A stretch of 64,000 nt of DNA from Minutocellus sp. GHC0000111 (Eukaryota): positions 2,108,001 to 2,172,000 of the forward strand of contig OZ361258.1 of NCBI GenBank assembly GCA_977018835.1, read 5' to 3'. The translations under genes and the position numbers were made by a program. The notes below the pieces were generated by a model. The model saw nothing but the letters and a program-made list of their open reading frames with translations. It was not told where the DNA came from and did not search any database. Each line of letters starts with the position of its first letter. Within the stretch, counting starts at the first letter, position 1. Positions 59,646-64,000 of this stretch are shown here, piece by piece.

Positions 59646-60806
59646 ATGGCGTCCTCCTTCGACGCCGACGCCCTGTGGGACCTGTACGATGAAAGCGACG
59701 CAACCATACGAGGTCACGTCGTGCCCAAGGACGATGCCAATAATGATACCGGCACATCTCACATTTCCAGCACATCTCATGCCGCATCATCTCTATGCGA
59801 ACATGACGACACCGACACCAACGCCACGCTGATCCAGACCGTCACCATCCGTCCCGGCCTCTCGATCCCTCTGCACGTCCCTCGCTCTCTCCTGGAGGAC
59901 GGATGCCTCGGTGAGGTCGGCAGCATGGTGTGGGACTGCTCCGTCGTCATGGCGCGGTATCTACTTCTGTCTACGTCATCGTCTGCGTCGTCTGCTACTG
60001 GCGCCGATGACGCCGATATTGCCGATGACGACTTTCACATCGACCTGACTTCGTACGATCACATCGTCGAGCTGGGAAGTGGGCTGGGATTGCTGGGGTT
60101 TGCCCTCCATCGGTATCTGTGCGAGCATAGCGGCGGCAGCGGTGGCAGTAGTGACAGTAGGCGAAGCAATTGTACGCAGAAAATTACCCTCACCGACTAC
60201 CTGCCGGAGTTGGTGGATGCTATGCAACGGACTGCTGATGATGAGATTGATTTGATGGGACAAATCGGCGTTGGTGGCGGTAGTGATACATGCTCAGGTG
60301 ACAGCAGCAGTGGGTCCAGTCCAATCAACGATATTGATGCAACAGAAACAACGCCAATGTCATCGTCAACATTTCCGTCAACCACAAATCCCTCCCTCGG
60401 CCTTTCCCTTTTGGACTGGTCGGATCCATCCGACGTCGCTTTGAATAGATGCAGGATCCAGCCCGGTGAATCGGTGCTGATCGTGGCCTCGGAGGTGTTG
60501 TACGAGCCGTGCCATGCTGATACGCTGGCCGATTGTATCGATAGAATACTCGACAGATCCGATTGCAGAGAAAAATGTAGGGTCCTTGTGGCCAATTTCG
60601 CCGAGAGGCCTGGCTGGAGACGCTTTGTGGATGTGACTCTTGGAATGAAACCACAGGGACAAGTTGACGGAACCGAGCTTTCCGATGGGAATTGCCGTGG
60701 GGCGCTGAGTCCATCTTCTACAGCAATCCGAGGCCAAATTAGGGAGATGGACCTTGGCAGCGGAGGATATGAGCTTCTTGACATACCAGGGGATGAATGT
60801 CGGTGA
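59646..60806 (+). CDS. Seven-beta-strand protein methyltransferase, METTL21/family-16 type
   Basis: VGSMVWDCSVVMARYL, IVELGSGLGLLG, ITLTDY, LLDW, LIVASEVLY. Confidence 0.85.
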   Translation: MASSFDADALWDLYDESDATIRGHVVPKDDANNDTGTSHISSTSHAASSLCEHDDTDTNATLIQTVTIRPGLSIPLHVPRSLLEDGCLGEVGSMVWDCSVVMARYLLLSTSSSASSATGADDADIADDDFHIDLTSYDHIVELGSGLGLLGFALHRYLCEHSGGSGGSSDSRRSNCTQKITLTDYLPELVDAMQRTADDEIDLMGQIGVGGGSDTCSGDSSSGSSPINDIDATETTPMSSSTFPSTTNPSLGLSLLDWSDPSDVALNRCRIQPGESVLIVASEVLYEPCHADTLADCIDRILDRSDCREKCRVLVANFAERPGWRRFVDVTLGMKPQGQVDGTELSDGNCRGALSPSSTAIRGQIREMDLGSGGYELLDIPGDECR

Positions 60807-61052
60807 GATAGATCTGCATGATAACTTAGAAATCATTGAATATGGATCTCCGCTGGCAGATCTACATGTACCAGTCAGTCATCTCGCTTTCTTTTCTCAA
60901 GCAGTCCTCGTAACAACGAGTCGACGCGTGCACCTGGAGCCAAGGCTAAGGCAGGCGCAGGCAGGGCTTTCTACAAGCAAAGGCTTTTGTACTTCAGTAC
61001 TTCTGTTTCGCGCCACTCGCTTCGCTTCCGTCATGTCACTTTCTCCACAACA

Positions 61053-63008
61053 ATGCTGTCGTATCTTCTTGGCGGCTATCGTGACGGGACGGAGTCTACG
61101 GACCATGGCGAGGAGAGAAAAGAGCAGTCAGCTACGAGTGAATGTACTTTGTCGACACCATCTGCATCTACCAAGAACTCTACCACCGCCAACGGAGGGA
61201 AAAGTCCCACGAAGCTGTCACATAAGGGAAAAAGTTGTCCGTTACAATTGTCGGTAGCCGAACAGGATGCAGCAGCGGAAAGGATCCAGCAGTGCTCTCC
61301 AACACCAGCGCTAAGCAAGGCCAATACTCCCTCACCAGAACCATTTGCTCGACGACCCTTGGGCGTCGCCGACGATGATGGCGATTGTTGCATGGAAAAC
61401 GCACGTGTAACGGCTCACGATCTCGCGAAAGAAAATGGCACAGAATGCGATGTGACGAGTAAATCCAGCGAACGCCCCCCTCTGGGAACCAAATCCAACA
61501 ACACTGTTGGAACGTAGTTGATGGGCAACTTCGCTGTCGAGGATACCAAATCATCATCAGTGCCGAGCAAGGAGGACGACGACGTTTCTGATGGCGACTC
61601 TGACTTCTTTGATGCGGCCGAGATTTCCTTCCTCGGCGAGGAGGGTGCGGAGGATGGCAATTCTATCGCTACTGACGTTGGCAATGAGTCCACGACGATT
61701 GCAGACTTTCAATCCTGTGTATCTCGTAGTAAGATCACAGTCTCATGTGGATCAATTCACAATGGCAATGACAATGACAATAGCGTTGTGGCATTTTTGG
61801 AGGAAAGCATCCCGGCACAGATTGATAGGTCGCAATGCGACGTATCGGTCCTGTCAAGCGCTTCGGCCGTTACATTCCACACTGCCATCTGCGGCGACGA
61901 CTGTGATGATGCTGAATCCGATGCCGATAGCTTCCGAACAGCTGCATCGCAACTATCCAGTCATACCAAGGCCACACATGCCACTGCCAACACATATGCC
62001 ACAGCATTGAGTCGAATCAATAGTAAACTCGACAAGACGTATGTTCTCATGCCCAAACGACTCATAAAAGCCGGACATGTCAATGAGCGTATGTCAGTAC
62101 TGCAGGATAGTCGATACATATCACAGCGAGTGAGAAAGCTTGGAGCTGCATTGTCTGCCGAGTTGATGGTGGCTGATTGCGATCTTCTGTTGGAGGCCAC
62201 TGCGGCGAGCCATCGCACTGACCGAAAGTCCATTCAGCTTGGTCGTCTCTCGGCCGAGAGTGCTATCGCCGCCAAGATGATTGTCATCTCTGATAGGTTC
62301 AGGAGGATTGTATGTGATGGGACCTTGGATGCTCTCATCTCCTCATCGGAAAGAGGGATGGCTCTGTTTGTTTTAGGCGTGGCTCTCAATCGGCGCAATA
62401 TTTTGGCAAAGTCGATGGCATATTATCGATCGGCTCTTACTTTCTTCTCTGCCGGAATTGTCCCTACATCGTCTCCCTCTGGGATGTCATATACGAACAT
62501 CGCCGATGCTGCGGAAGAAGATTCTGATTCTGAAGTAATGGAAGGGTCTGTATATTATGTGGGCAACAGTTCGCGTGGAAGACTGAATGATCATGTTATG
62601 ATCGCCAGAACATTGGGGCGTCTTGGTGACCTCCACGAGAAGAAGAAGCAGAACACCGAAGCAGGAGATGCATTCAAAGCTGCCGCCCGCCATTTCAAGC
62701 GTGCCATCAGGATGAATTCCAAAGAAGTCGAAGCTTCCGTTGGCCAAGGAGACGCCGTTGCAGCAAGGGTTTTTAGGCGGAGAATGAAGGAGACGAAGCT
62801 CGAATGGTTGTTTGTATTAGCAAGACTTAGTGGTATCCACCGTCGTACGAAGCATTTTGACGAGGCGAGAAAATGCTTCGAAGTAATCTTATCCGAAGCT
62901 GAGCTCGAGAAGGGATGTGAAATCATCAGTAGCCCTTGCGATGTCCTAGGTAAACTTGCCCTCATCTCGTGCAAACAAACCCGAAAACTCCTGGCCGAAG
63001 CATCATAG
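61053..63008 (+). CDS. Disordered N-terminus plus TPR-like helical C-terminus; in-frame TAG at 61515-61517
   Basis: ORFs 60987..61517 and 61518..63008 are in the same frame; TPR-like segments ALFVLGVAL...YYRSAL, ARTLGRLGDLH...AFKAA, VLARLSGIH...FDEARKCFE. Confidence 0.55.
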
Positions 63009-63199
63009 GCAAAAAAAGCTTAAGGTTAGTTAGATGTCGAGCCTTTTCATTTACAATTGTGCTGCGTTCTATTCAGGTACAAAGCTAGGATTTCATGTCG
63101 AAGTTTATATGCACATGTACTCTAGACTAGCTAGAGCATGCTGGCTAATATCAATACTAAAAGAAATATGGTTATTATCGCTGCTTACCGGCCAAGAGC

Positions 63200-64000
63200 T
63201 CACATCATCAAGGTAAGATTCGTAACGAAAGACTGCTGACTGGGCCGGTACTTGATTAATGGAGCATTGGTCTCGTCAGTAAACAGTTCAACGATCTTAT
63301 CCTGCGAATCTTCATCCATGTACTGCAAAATGAAGGAAATGCAATCATACGGATCACCCGAACCAAAGTCCTGACGGTATACATCGCAAATCTTGGGCAA
63401 GACGATGGTACGTCTGTTCACGTAAATCTTGACCTGGCGAGAGAGAAAAGCCGAAGTTGCTGCATTGAGCTGTTCCTCCATTACCTCTGGAGTGAAAACC
63501 GGCACTGTCGATCCGCCGGAGAAATCGCCCTGGTGAACAACAAAATTGATCCGAGGGTCGGTGGCTCCGAGAGAATAATGGCGGTAGGCACTCTGCGACG
63601 CTTTTGGAGCCTCAACGTATGGAGATCTCGCGTTGCTTGGTTTGCTCGTCCTTCCCCGCAGTAGGCAACACTCGAGCTCGGCAAGCGAAAAGATATCATT
63701 GCCAATTTCGTAGCATGAAGCTCTCTTGAAAGTTCCAATTGTCTTTTTACTTGGCGGACCGTCGATTGAAAGAAGAAGGGAGTGCTGCAGCAAGCAATGA
63801 TAAAGATTGAGGACCAAGCAGAATGCAGCATCACTTGACAAGTCGATATCACGAAGATTGATGCTTCTCAACCGGCTGGTGGCATCCAGGAAGTCAATGA
63901 AATCCCTTGGTTGATTCTCAAGCATCTCGACGGTGAATGAACAAGCCTTGAGTAGAAGACTTTCGACGAATTCCTCTTCTTTCTCAATCAATCCTCCGCC
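63200..64000 (-). CDS. DUF547-domain protein, C-terminal part (runs off window)
   Basis: CLVLNLYHCLLQH, CYEIGNDIFSLAELECCLLR, DPRINFV, LPKICDVYRQDFG. Confidence 0.82.
   Translation of the reverse strand, partial: GGGLIEKEEEFVESLLLKACSFTVEMLENQPRDFIDFLDATSRLRSINLRDIDLSSDAAFCLVLNLYHCLLQHSLLLSIDGPPSKKTIGTFKRASCYEIGNDIFSLAELECCLLRGRTSKPSNARSPYVEAPKASQSAYRHYSLGATDPRINFVVHQGDFSGGSTVPVFTPEVMEEQLNAATSAFLSRQVKIYVNRRTIVLPKICDVYRQDFGSGDPYDCISFILQYMDEDSQDKIVELFTDETNAPLIKYRPSQQSFVTNLTLMM

Noticed and set aside
2459..61517. Stop-codon reassignment or programmed readthrough explaining the in-frame TAA, TGA and TAG
   Set aside because: All three codons also terminate intact genes here, the in-frame cases are single and coexist with many frameshifts; error or decay is simpler

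Overview
Eukaryotic nuclear DNA with GT-AG introns and short intergenic spacers, most likely a diatom. That assignment is an inference from a bipartite signal+'AF' plastid presequence, RxL-processed secreted proteins with KxxK tails, and MYND/Sel1 and vWA families. About 25 genes or gene fragments can be supported. The standout is a ~7.6 kb minus-strand locus (20449->12874). After repairing one in-frame TGA and two single-base homopolymer slips, it encodes one ~2,525-aa protein: acyl-CoA-binding domain + DegT-type PLP aminotransferase + TM segment + fatty acyl-CoA reductase + DHAP acyltransferase + alkyl-DHAP synthase. This looks like an ether-lipid megasynthase that may make amino (serinol-type) ether lipids. 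Other notable items: two near-identical adjacent introns in an ABCD transporter gene (introner-like); a pogo-type HTH fused to a 2OG-Fe(II) dioxygenase; an accessory ~21-47 kb block with three divergent kinases and two paralogues sharing an unrecognised domain; two paralogous RxL secreted proteins; a 5x8-Cys repeat surface protein; and a 431-bp MITE. Many genes carry frameshifts or nonsense codons, so assembly error versus pseudogenisation cannot be resolved from the sequence alone. All domain calls are from motif recognition by eye, not database searches.
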